From positions 64,001 through 128,000 of the forward strand of contig JBHJHA010000011.1 in NCBI GenBank assembly GCA_050331235.1: a DNA stretch of 64,000 nucleotides. Direction: 5' to 3'. Below, in pieces: positions 9,699 through 19,222 of this stretch. Below the pieces are notes generated by a model, which saw only the letters and a program-made list of their open reading frames with translations, was not told where the DNA came from and searched no databases. The stretch comes from Leptolyngbyaceae cyanobacterium (GTDB lineage: Bacteria; Cyanobacteriota; Cyanobacteriia; Phormidesmidales; Phormidesmidaceae). Made by a program: the position numbers and the translations under genes. Within the stretch, counting starts at the first letter, position 1. Every line of letters starts with the position of its first letter.

Positions 9699-10856
9699 AT
9701 GACCACCCATTTTGATGCAATCGTTATTGGCGCTGGTGGCGTCGGCAGCGCAGCGGCCTACTATCTGGCCAAAGCGGGGCAAAAAGTATTGTTGCTAGAG
9801 CAATTTGAGCTCAATCATCAATACGGCAGTTCCTATGGCTTTTCGCGGGTTATCCGATACACCTATGACAATCCAACCTACGTCGACCTCATGCGCGACG
9901 CCTACCCCCTCTGGTTTGCCTTACAAACCGAAGCTGGAGAAGAGCTATATATCAAAACAGGTGGATTGGACTTTGGATTTCCCGATGTCGATACCTTTCA
10001 GCGGTTAAAAAGCAGTTTAGACACCTCTGGTCTGGACTATGAGCACCTCACTCACTCCGACATTGCCGAGCGCTATCCACAATTTGCCCTATCTGATGGC
10101 ATGGAAGGGCTGTTTCACGCTGAGTCCGGCTTACTCAAGGCATCTCGCTGCGTCTTGGCCCACATTCGACTGGCCCGGGCCCGAGGGGCAACCGTTGTCG
10201 ACCAAACCCCCGTCTTGAAAATCACACCGACAGAGTTTGGGGTTGAAGTGCAAACCGCTCAGACTACCTATGGGTGCGATCGCCTCGTCTTAACGACCGG
10301 CAGCTGGGCTAGAGGACTTTTAGCGGCACAGGGCATCGAACTGCCGCTCAAGATCATGCCCTGTCAGCTAGGCTTTTACCAACCGCAGCAGCCAGAAAAT
10401 TTTACGCCAGATCAGTTTCCCGTCTTTTTTGCCCATATGAATGGCGACTATGGCGAAATGCCCTATGGAATTCCCCATAAAGATGCCAGCATTGGCCTCA
10501 AAATCACGACATTTTATGGCTGGCAAACGGTTGACACCCCCAGCGAAGTCGATTACACCCCGAGTCTAGACTGGGCCGAGCGTATCCGCACTTGGGCGCA
10601 GCAGTATATGCCCACTGCAGCGGGGCCTCTGTTATCGACTCGTCGGTGTCTTTATACGCTGACTCCGGATAAAGATTTTGTGGTAGATTGCCATCCCTAC
10701 CATCCTCAAGTTGTCATTGGTGCTGGGTTTTCAGGCCACGGCTTTAAATTCACCACATTAATGGGCAAAATGCTCGCTGACCTTGCCGTTCAAGGCAGTA
10801 CTCCCCACGACACTAGTCGGTTCAAGTTGGCTCGATTTCAATTGGTTACAGCATAG
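9699..10856 (+). CDS. Monomeric sarcosine oxidase / N-methyl-amino-acid oxidase (MSOX/SolA family)
   Basis: GAGGVG FAD motif, GSSYGFSRVIR, covalent-FAD Cys motif CLYTLTPD, GFSGHGFKF. Confidence 0.9.
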   Translation: MTTHFDAIVIGAGGVGSAAAYYLAKAGQKVLLLEQFELNHQYGSSYGFSRVIRYTYDNPTYVDLMRDAYPLWFALQTEAGEELYIKTGGLDFGFPDVDTFQRLKSSLDTSGLDYEHLTHSDIAERYPQFALSDGMEGLFHAESGLLKASRCVLAHIRLARARGATVVDQTPVLKITPTEFGVEVQTAQTTYGCDRLVLTTGSWARGLLAAQGIELPLKIMPCQLGFYQPQQPENFTPDQFPVFFAHMNGDYGEMPYGIPHKDASIGLKITTFYGWQTVDTPSEVDYTPSLDWAERIRTWAQQYMPTAAGPLLSTRRCLYTLTPDKDFVVDCHPYHPQVVIGAGFSGHGFKFTTLMGKMLADLAVQGSTPHDTSRFKLARFQLVTA

Positions 10857-10943
10857 TGCTTACGGCGGCGATCGCCGTCTCTAAACTGATCACGCGCAGA
10901 GCCTGACGCGCTATTCCACCATTCCTCAACTATTTTCGATAAG

Positions 10944-11717
10944 ATGCCAGGGGATAGTCAGCGGATGATGACAATTTTTATGGTTCCCCATGGGCAGGAG
11001 ACCGACAAGCAGCCCCTACATGTGGCGATTTCTGAGCAGCTCAAAGCCAAAATTGAGTCCGGGCAATATCGCCCCGGTGAGCGCTTGCCTAGTGAGTTTG
11101 ATCTCGGTGAAATTTTTGAGGTCAGTCGCACAACCATTCGTAAGGCAATCGCCAATTTGATCCAGCAGGGGCTGGTCACCACCCAGCAGGGTAAAGGGAT
11201 TTTTGTCACAGAGCAGCACAAGATCAGCTTCTCGATGTCAAATCCCCTCATGTATTTCGACGCTGCTCTTAAGCAACAGGGCTATGTTGGTAGCGTTCAG
11301 TCCCTGCGATTTCAGCTGACCCGACCTTTGCCAGAGGTACAGCAGCAGCTGAGACTGGGCGATCGCACCAAGGTTTTTTGGCAAGAAAAGATCTATTACG
11401 CCGACGAAACGCCGATTGCTTTAGACATTACCTATTATCCAGAGGCGATCGGCGAGGCCTTGGGAGACGAATTACAGCGGGGCTTTACCTACAGCACGTT
11501 AGTTGACCGAGGCATCCACTTAAACGGTGCCAAAGTCAGCTTAGAAAGCATACCTGCCAGTTATGAATTGAGTGAGTATCTCGCCATTCCTTTAGGCATG
11601 CCATTGCTGGTCTTTAACTACGTCGCATTTCGAGCGGATCAGGTCCCTGTTGTGTGTGGCAAAACCTTATCTCGTTCTGACTGGACCTGCTACACCGCCG
11701 AGATTGCTCAGGTTTAA
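10944..11717 (+). CDS. GntR family transcriptional regulator, HutC subfamily (UTRA domain)
   Basis: wHTH motif PGERLPSEFDLGEIFEVSRTTIRKAI...QGKGIFV and UTRA-length C-terminal domain; exact start uncertain. Confidence 0.92.
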   Translation: MPGDSQRMMTIFMVPHGQETDKQPLHVAISEQLKAKIESGQYRPGERLPSEFDLGEIFEVSRTTIRKAIANLIQQGLVTTQQGKGIFVTEQHKISFSMSNPLMYFDAALKQQGYVGSVQSLRFQLTRPLPEVQQQLRLGDRTKVFWQEKIYYADETPIALDITYYPEAIGEALGDELQRGFTYSTLVDRGIHLNGAKVSLESIPASYELSEYLAIPLGMPLLVFNYVAFRADQVPVVCGKTLSRSDWTCYTAEIAQV

Positions 11718-11951
11718 CCCGGATTTGACCAGTCTCCTGGTCGCAGCACGGAATTGGCCCCAAACGAAAAATTCCCTCTGTCCTAAACAACCCTTTAAAT
11801 GCAATAACAGTTTCTTGTTGGGAATAACAGATACGTGCGGCTGCCGATTAATTTTAGTTGCGGTAGCTTCTCTTGATTGACACATCAAATACGATAGTTT
11901 CAGATATCCATGTGGGCATTTCATGCCCACCTACTCTGACATTGACAGCGA

Positions 11952-13469
11952 TCAGTCAGATTGTAATCGCTGTTTGAGGTGGTCACTCAAGGAGCTGCGC
12001 GAAGCTAGGCGAGCTTTGCCAGATGCCGCCCAAGCCTGTAGTGCATCGACCTGTTCTTGGGCAGTCCGCGCTAATGGCACGATTTGGCTGGCGGCCTCTA
12101 AAATATCTTCCGTAGTGAAGTCACGATTTTGGCTAAATCCAATGTGCATCGCTTCAACAATCGCCTGCTCGATTTCAGCACCTGAAAAGCTGGGCGTTTC
12201 GTAAGCCAGGCGCTCCATGTCGTAACTTTGTAAGTTGTGGGCGCGTAAACGACCTAGATGAACTTCGTAGATCGCTTTGCGTTCCTCTTGAGTAGGAAGT
12301 CCCACAAAAAAGATTTCATCGAAACGACCCCGCCGCAGCAGTTCTGGAGGCAAGGATTGAATGTTGTTAGCCGTCGCCACTACAAATACTGGAGACGCTT
12401 TTTCTGCCATCCAGGTAATGAAAGTCCCAAAAACCCGACTGCTAGTGCCAGCATCACCGCGACCATCGACTCCGGCAAAAGCCTTGTCAATTTCATCAAT
12501 CCACAGAATACAGGGTGCCAGCGCTTCAGAAATTTGGATCATTTGCCGCGTTCGGGATTCTGACTCGCCAATCAACCCGGCAAACAGCCGACCGACATCT
12601 AATCGGAGGAGCGGGAGATGCCAGTGATGGGCGATCGCCTTAGCCGTCAGAGATTTTCCAGTACCTTGGATGCCTACCAGCAGCAAGCCACGGGGATAAG
12701 GGAGGCCATACTGTCGAGCTTTGGCGGAGAAAGCATTACCTCGACGTAGCAGCCAATCTTTGAGATTATCGAGACCCCCAATCTCAGAAATTTGCTCCTT
12801 TGCCGGATAGAAGTCCAGGATTTGAGTCTGTCGAATAGTTTGACGTTTTTCCTCCAGGACTAGCTCAATATCATCGGGGCAAAAAGTTCCCCGAGCGGCA
12901 ATTCCCCGGGCGAGAACTCGCCGAATCCGCTCCATGGATAACCCTTGACAAGATTGCACCAGCGCATCCAAATCAGCAGAGGACAGTTGAACATTTAAGC
13001 CGTCTAATAAGCGCGTCACCTCGGCGCGGATTTCCGTCACGTCAGGGAGCGCAAACTCAATAATGGTAACGACCTCGGTTAAGTCGTCGGGGATTTGCAC
13101 CTGAGGCGCTAGTAGGATGATATTTTTGGCCTGGGACTTTAACCGACGGGCCAGGTTTCTCAGTTTTCGAGAAATGGCAACGTCCTCTAAAAATCGATGA
13201 TAATCGCGGAGGACAAACAGCGCCGCGACAGACTCTGATAGCTTTTCAACCTGCTCGAGCGCTTGCAGCGGATTACGCCGAGCCACGCCCTGATCGTTTG
13301 GGTTACCACGGTAACCATCAACAAAGTCCCAGGTGTAGAGATTGCGGTTGTTTAGCTGTTGCGCCACATTCGCGATAGCCTGTTCAGCCCGTTCTTCTTC
13401 CAGCGTCGACAGATAGATGACGGGATAACGCGCCCGCAAGAATAGCAGTAATTCGTCTTGGAAGCTCAT
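11952..13469 (-). CDS. ycf46: Ycf46-family AAA ATPase
   Basis: RARYPVIY N-terminus, Walker A GIQGTGKS, Walker B LWIDEIDK, LLRRGRFDEIFFV; conserved position after yidC-jag-yceD. Confidence 0.88.
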   Translation of the reverse strand: MSFQDELLLFLRARYPVIYLSTLEEERAEQAIANVAQQLNNRNLYTWDFVDGYRGNPNDQGVARRNPLQALEQVEKLSESVAALFVLRDYHRFLEDVAISRKLRNLARRLKSQAKNIILLAPQVQIPDDLTEVVTIIEFALPDVTEIRAEVTRLLDGLNVQLSSADLDALVQSCQGLSMERIRRVLARGIAARGTFCPDDIELVLEEKRQTIRQTQILDFYPAKEQISEIGGLDNLKDWLLRRGNAFSAKARQYGLPYPRGLLLVGIQGTGKSLTAKAIAHHWHLPLLRLDVGRLFAGLIGESESRTRQMIQISEALAPCILWIDEIDKAFAGVDGRGDAGTSSRVFGTFITWMAEKASPVFVVATANNIQSLPPELLRRGRFDEIFFVGLPTQEERKAIYEVHLGRLRAHNLQSYDMERLAYETPSFSGAEIEQAIVEAMHIGFSQNRDFTTEDILEAASQIVPLARTAQEQVDALQAWAASGKARLASRSSLSDHLKQRLQSD

Positions 13470-13519
13470 GTCAATCTCTGGCTGACAATTGTCTAGCGTT
13501 TCTTTCGGATTGCCTAGGC

Positions 13520-14047
13520 CTATGGGCGGGGTGATTCGTCACTGGTCAGCTGCTGTTTAAGCGCTTCTAACACTGACCAGCGCTCATCTACGACAGGACT
13601 GGCATGCGGCTGAGGGGATTCAACGGTCAACCCCTGACAGTTAGCATCACAAACCTGCCGTTGCGGCAGTTGCAAACAGATCTGCTCATAAATCCAAGTT
13701 TCAGGATCAAAGTATCCGTAAGGCGACAGACTCTCCACTAAATCCTCAAGGCTTACCTCCTGCTCCAAGGGTAACCCCTGAGCAGCCGCAGCAGATTCAT
13801 CTAACCAGATAATCTCATGGGCATCGACTACGACCCGATGGTTGTATTGCTGCAAACAGCGATCGCAAGATAGCGTCACAATGGTAGACGCTGTCCCCTT
13901 GACTTCCAAAAAAGTCGTGCCGTGCCGCATCGACACTTCAGCCCTAACCGGGGTCAGCGTCTTCAAATCATCGAAATCGACTTCAAACTGCAGCGATCGA
14001 GTCCGATTGACCGCATTGAGCAGATGTGGAATGTAAACCGCCGGCAT
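13520..14047 (-). CDS. YceD/DUF177 family protein
   Basis: CDRCL and CDANCQG cysteine pairs, DERWSVLEALK tail; start set at MPAVYIP. Confidence 0.85.
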   Translation of the reverse strand: MPAVYIPHLLNAVNRTRSLQFEVDFDDLKTLTPVRAEVSMRHGTTFLEVKGTASTIVTLSCDRCLQQYNHRVVVDAHEIIWLDESAAAAQGLPLEQEVSLEDLVESLSPYGYFDPETWIYEQICLQLPQRQVCDANCQGLTVESPQPHASPVVDERWSVLEALKQQLTSDESPRP

Positions 14048-14095
14048 TATGTCACTCCTCAACTCTGCCAAACATTTTGAACTCGTCATGCAACT

Positions 14096-14602
14096 CTAGT
14101 CAGACTCAGTATTAGAATCTGCTAACTGACGCACAACCAACCGTCGATCAGGTTCACGACCTCGACTAAACGTTTCCAAGCCTTCATACGAGTTCAGAAA
14201 ATGATGCACCTGCCGACGTTCAGCTGAAGACAGCGCTACCATTTCAAACTCTTCGCCAGTTTCCTGAGCCGTTGTAGCAGCTTCCGTTGCGAGTGCCATC
14301 AGTTCAGACTTACGCTTAGTTCGATGCCCCGCCAGTTCAATCGTGTAGGGCTGCTGCTCGCCCGGGTCACACCCTAAATTCAAAGTCGTGTTTGCAAGGT
14401 ACTGAATCGCATCTAAAGCATGTCCCTGCTCGCCAATCAGCTTAGCTATCTCCTGATCCGATAGCTGAGCATCGCGAATGATCAGCCACAAACTCGAGCC
14501 AAACTCATCATCAACTAGAGAAGCATCAACTTTAGTCTCTATCCCTTGAAAAGCCAACAGAGACTGCAGCCATTCAATCCCTTTCTGTTCCGGATTTGCC
14601 AT
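14096..14602 (-). CDS. Jag/KhpB-like RNA-binding protein (KH + R3H)
   Basis: LIGEQGHALDAIQYL, R3H motif ERRQVH, SRGREPDRRLVV; directly downstream of yidC. Confidence 0.9.
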   Translation of the reverse strand: MANPEQKGIEWLQSLLAFQGIETKVDASLVDDEFGSSLWLIIRDAQLSDQEIAKLIGEQGHALDAIQYLANTTLNLGCDPGEQQPYTIELAGHRTKRKSELMALATEAATTAQETGEEFEMVALSSAERRQVHHFLNSYEGLETFSRGREPDRRLVVRQLADSNTESD

Positions 14603-14608
14603 TGTTGT

Positions 14609-15763
14609 CTACGATGCCTTTTTCTTCTTTTTAGAGCGCCCAGGCTCAAACGGTAGCGTCTGACGACTATCGTCCGACTCATCATCAGACTGCGCATCGA
14701 CAATCTTTTGAAGGTTTTCCGGCAAGGGTTCTCTAGAAAGAATAAAACTCTGCAGAGTTTGAAAGATGTTGGCAATCACCATGTACATCAAGACGCCGGC
14801 TGGCAACGGAAAAAATAAAAACATCCCCGAGAAAATGATAGGCGTAAACTTATTGATGGCCGCTTGCTGAGGATTATCGCTGCTCGACCCACCTTGTCCA
14901 GAGAGCAGCTGATTGACATATAAGCTGACGCCAAAGGTCAAGACCATGAGTAAAATATCCCAGTGGATAGCACCATCATCGCCTCTAACGCCAACGCGTC
15001 CTAATGCCTCAATAAATAGGAAGCCCTTACCTGCAGCTAACCCAGGAACCTTAACTTGCAACGTCACATCACCCGGAGCGATCGCTTCAATCGTCCCATC
15101 CTCAGCGATGTTGACTAGCTGTTCACCCTTAGTAACCTCAACGTAGGGTTGAACATCAGATGCACTGCTGTACCCCTGTGCGATTTTTTCTAAGGACTCG
15201 CCCTGCTCGTCCTGAATCTGAAAGTCTGTCTTTTCGCCAACTGCCAGACGATTCCCCCCTGGAATGGTGACCGACATCGGGAAATGCACACCATCAGTCA
15301 CATAAATACTCTTGGAAGACGTAGAAAAGGCCTGAGGCTGAATCTGCTCGACCTTATCGGAGGTAAGAATTTGTAAGTTGACTGGATAAGCAACATCGGC
15401 AAAGGGCGATCCTCGCAGAGTCGCGAACAAAGCAAATAAGATCGGCATCTGCAGCAAGACAGGAAAGCAGCCTGCCAAAGGGTTACCAAATTCTTTGTAA
15501 ACTTTGCTCATTTCCTCCTGTAATTTCGGAGGATCATCCTTATAACGCTCTTGAATTTCTTTCACCCGCTTTTGCATGACGGGTTGAGCAACTTTCATGC
15601 GCCGCATGTTTCGAATTGACCCTGCATTTAGCGGGTAAAGCGCAAACCGAATCACCAATGTCAAAGCGACAATCGCCAAACCGTAGCTCGGCACAACCCC
15701 ATAGAAAAAATCTAGGATTGGCAACATGATGTTGTTTGAAAGGAAGCCGATACCAAAATCCAT
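14609..15763 (-). CDS. yidC: Membrane protein insertase YidC (Alb3/Oxa1)
   Basis: [64 protein letters not shown]. Confidence 0.96.
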   Translation of the reverse strand: MDFGIGFLSNNIMLPILDFFYGVVPSYGLAIVALTLVIRFALYPLNAGSIRNMRRMKVAQPVMQKRVKEIQERYKDDPPKLQEEMSKVYKEFGNPLAGCFPVLLQMPILFALFATLRGSPFADVAYPVNLQILTSDKVEQIQPQAFSTSSKSIYVTDGVHFPMSVTIPGGNRLAVGEKTDFQIQDEQGESLEKIAQGYSSASDVQPYVEVTKGEQLVNIAEDGTIEAIAPGDVTLQVKVPGLAAGKGFLFIEALGRVGVRGDDGAIHWDILLMVLTFGVSLYVNQLLSGQGGSSSDNPQQAAINKFTPIIFSGMFLFFPLPAGVLMYMVIANIFQTLQSFILSREPLPENLQKIVDAQSDDESDDSRQTLPFEPGRSKKKKKAS

Positions 15764-15939
15764 TCGCGCTCTACCTCTGTGGGCCTATCTAATGTACGCT
15801 GCGTCCGAGTAAACCTCTAATAGGGTAACTCCCAGAGGGGCAGTCTGAAACCTCGAGACGATTCAGTCATTAGCCTAAGCTACTTCACACCTAGCCTCGT
15901 TACGGTTTTCACCCCAAGAAAACAAATTCTACTCACGCA

Positions 15940-16332
15940 TTAGGTGCCAATTGCCCCACTGGCGGTCTGGGCTTTAGCAGGTAACTTCTCGCTGATGTAG
16001 TCATACACTTCACGGAACTTGGGCACGGCCCGGAGCTCTAGCTTGCTGCCATCTTTGAGGGTCACCACCATATCCCCCCATAGTCCTAATCCACGGGGCA
16101 CAGTGACGATTTTCTTCACTTCTGAATAAATAATGTCAGAGCGAGTCCGCCCCATCCAGCCACCAGTAATGGAGATGCGACGGCTAGTAATGCGATAGCG
16201 TAACCACAAGGCCCGGACGATCGCACCAATAGTCAAGGGAATGCAGACCAATGTAAAAGCCAACAGCACATTAATAATCAAGTCGCCCACATGGGGACCC
16301 CCTTCGTAGAAAACCTCCTCCTTAATGCCCTT
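15940..16332 (-). CDS. Bacterial PH-domain membrane protein between rnpA and yidC; expected ATG appears as AAG
   Basis: The frame extends upstream of the called GTG (16290) as (K)GIKEEVFYEGGPHVGDLI; the codon at 16332-16330 is AAG with an in-frame TAG just before it; core RYRITSRRISITGG...WGDMVVTLKDGSKLELRAVP. Confidence 0.8.
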   Translation of the reverse strand, partial: KGIKEEVFYEGGPHVGDLIINVLLAFTLVCIPLTIGAIVRALWLRYRITSRRISITGGWMGRTRSDIIYSEVKKIVTVPRGLGLWGDMVVTLKDGSKLELRAVPKFREVYDYISEKLPAKAQTASGAIGT

Positions 16333-16702
16333 CTAAAACCTCAAGATCTAAAAATAACTTTTCTAATTCTCGCAGAAATTGCCAATAGTCGCACTGGGTA
16401 GCAGCACTGCGAAGCACCACTACCACCCATAAACCTGGCGACAACTGCGGAAGCAGTGTTTGCAGTGCTGCTCGAACTTGCCGCTTTAACCGATTACGAA
16501 CGACGGCCCGCTTGCTGACTTTTTGGCTAATAGTTATGCCAAAACGGGAGCAAACTGTTGAGGTCGAATCTTCTGACACGTTGAGGACTCTGACCACTAA
16601 GTGCCCTGTAGATGCTTGTCGACCGACTCGATAAACCTGCGAAAACTCTCTTGTTCGATTGAGTCGATGCTGCTTAGGTAAAGCCACTTTGGCATCTGCC
16701 AT
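16322..16702 (-). CDS. rnpA: Ribonuclease P protein component
   Basis: ALPKQHRL, RFGITISQKVSKRAVVRNRLKR (RNR motif); true start may be GTG 16687. Confidence 0.95.
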   Translation of the reverse strand: MADAKVALPKQHRLNRTREFSQVYRVGRQASTGHLVVRVLNVSEDSTSTVCSRFGITISQKVSKRAVVRNRLKRQVRAALQTLLPQLSPGLWVVVVLRSAATQCDYWQFLRELEKLFLDLEVLEGH

Positions 16703-16804
16703 TCAGCGTCAGCCTGCACTTCAAAAGCCAGGCGAGTAGTTACCAAGAAATCAAGCGTTGTCCGCGTGAGGACTACGGAATCGAGAAAGACACGAAGGAA
16801 TGCC

Positions 16805-16942
16805 TTAGACGGCCAGCCGAGCCCGCCCACGACGACGACGATTTCGGATTACGCGACGCCCCGTAGCGGTCCGCATGCGAGCTCGAAAGCCCGAAGTCCG
16901 CTTTTGCTTACGATTTGTTCCACCTAATGTTCTTTTGCTCAT
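16805..16942 (-). CDS. rpmH: 50S ribosomal protein L34
   Basis: Not in ORF track (45 aa): [45 protein letters not shown]; upstream of rnpA. Confidence 0.97.
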   Translation of the reverse strand: MSKRTLGGTNRKQKRTSGFRARMRTATGRRVIRNRRRRGRARLAV

Positions 16943-17194
16943 GATCTTTTCCCTTTACTTCAATCTCTGCTAGTTAGCGCTGCAGGCACTTCAACAAGGC
17001 AATAGGATATCGGCCTTCGTTTCTAAAAGCGGCTTCCCATCGTAGCATTAACCCAGAAATCGTGAAAGCATCGCAGAAGTAACCAGAACTTTTCCCATAC
17101 ACAGGCAAACCCTTTAGGCTCTGTGCATGGGCAGTTTGAGCGTCTCGGGGCGTGAGCGAGGGGGCCGAGACTGTAGCTGTTCGGTATATGAAAT

Positions 17195-17749
17195 CTACTC
17201 GGCAGATACCTCCAGTGGCCAAATCCCCACCAGTTCCCGAAGAGGACCGCCCTGATAAAGCGCATCGAGATAGAAGTAGAAGTTGTTATAGCGATTGGGG
17301 TTGCGGACCTCGTGGAAAACAACCACAAAGCTGCTATTAGGCTCTATAGGATCAATTGGATAAATCTCAAAGGTATTGGTTTCTTCATCGTAGACCACCT
17401 CATCGACGGGAATAGTCGCCCCCCCGCGCCCCGATCCTTCGCGTAGCTCTACTCGAGCTTTAGTAAAGTATCCACCTTGGTCTTCAAACTCTTCCGGATA
17501 CGTAATTTGCAGCTCCAAGATTTCTTCATTCACCTTACGCCCTGCCACTTGCAGGTAGTAACGCGCATCCGGGCTGCGGCGCTCATTGTTATCAATGAAG
17601 TAGCCCAGACGGTACTCTGAATCAACGCCACCAAAAATCGTAAAACCACCCGTCGTGCTTTGCGCGATCGCACTACTGCTAGCGATTGCCAAGCTAGACG
17701 CAGCAAAAGCTCCCATCAAACCCCGATGTAGCCATTTCTTAAGTGACAT
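17195..17749 (-). CDS. Secreted DUF2808-like cyanobacterial protein
   Basis: Signal peptide ending AIA-Q, FTIFGGV, VRNP..F.F motif; usual position upstream of rpmH in cyanobacteria. Confidence 0.7.
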   Translation of the reverse strand: MSLKKWLHRGLMGAFAASSLAIASSSAIAQSTTGGFTIFGGVDSEYRLGYFIDNNERRSPDARYYLQVAGRKVNEEILELQITYPEEFEDQGGYFTKARVELREGSGRGGATIPVDEVVYDEETNTFEIYPIDPIEPNSSFVVVFHEVRNPNRYNNFYFYLDALYQGGPLRELVGIWPLEVSAE

Positions 17750-19222
17750 TCGTGACCTCCCAAAATCGCATGCTTGCTATTGTGTGCCTATTTTCAGAAC
17801 GATACCTAGCACCATCAGACTCTAATGAAAGTGTCCACTCTCGGAAACTTTGCGCTCACCAAACGAAGAATGACAGTGACTAGCCTGAGATTCAGGCAAG
17901 AAATCAGGTGCCCACACACCAATCTCAACTTGACATTTTACATGATCAAACCCGCTTCACCAGACTACTCAAAGCTTCTGCGAATCGGATTCATAGAGGC
18001 GCCCTCTACAATCAAATTCTCCTAAAAAATAAATCTCCAGCCTCCGGGTAGGGTAGCGATGGCTGTGATAGTTAGGCTTATAAATCGCTGGAGAGTTTGA
18101 TCCCTATACCCATTTAGCCCTTTTACATTGATTCAGACTGCTTCCTTAGGTGATCGCGAATCAACATGTCGACCTTTGATCCATATTCTTAACCCATACT
18201 TAGATCCCCCAAGTATTGAGCAAAAAAGTATCAACACAGGCCAGCCATTAAAATCAAAAAAATATCGCAAGATTGCATTATGCCTACCTCGTACAAGCTC
18301 AATGAATACTCCTTTAAAGGAGGTAGCTTAAAACAAATTAAAAGCTGTAAAGACTTGTGCAACTTCAGCCAATAGCTACAAGCTCAAAAAGCAATATTTT
18401 TCACCTAAATTGCACTTACGCATTCTCAATAATCAATCAAAAGCCTTGAACAAACAGACAAATATACATAACGTCAAGACGCCACGGATAGCCACGGCTT
18501 TTAGGGATACTGGACGGCAAAATCGCCAAAGAAGCAACTAGGAAGCATTGTTATCCAGGAGATATCCCCTTAAAGTCATTTAACAAACAATGCTTTTTAA
18601 GTAGCTAATGGCAGCTTTTCCAAGCATTAAACGATTGCCGCGACCGGCCACCAAAAACCAAAAGCGAGCATATTTTTTCTCTCAGAGCACTATCGTCCCA
18701 CTCGATGAGATGGCTCCCAATCACTTAAGCCATCGATGAAGTATTCAAGCATCGTTAAGTTTCGTTTCGAAAATAAACACCAAAACTCAATAAACTCTCG
18801 GAGAATGTAAAAAAAGGCTGATCAACATTTTGATTTTGGACCTGTCACGCTAAAAAGAACTGCAATGAAGCATGATTTTGGTGGTCATTTGTGTCTAAGT
18901 GTGAAGCGAACAGCTTTAGGGGTCGTCGTTGACAGTCGGAGTAGCCACAAGGACTTGGGAGTGTAGGAGTCCTGTAACGCTAAGTAAACAATTGGCTGGC
19001 TAAGATGCAGAGGCAAATTAGTAGCCAAAGCAGACATTTAAATCACCGCATTGATTCCGGCAAGTAAAGACGGTTTTGCCGGTAGTTCAGGAGCTGCAGT
19101 CGGCCTCATCTGGCATCGCTCCTGCGGAAAAGGTATCGCTGGGAAATCCCGGTTGCAGGTTTTGCCGAGTGAAGTTTCCATCATCGTTAGATCGTCCTGC
19201 AGAAGATTAGGAGAATGATTTT

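Noticed and set aside
18089..18103. TGGAGAGTTTGATCC, matching the 5' end of 16S rRNA
   Set aside because: The match stops after 15 nt (no TGGCTCAG) and no rRNA sequence follows; treated as chance
17750..19222. Possible oriC, since rpmH often borders dnaA/oriC
   Set aside because: No dnaA or dnaN nearby and no cluster of TT(A/T)TCCACA boxes seen
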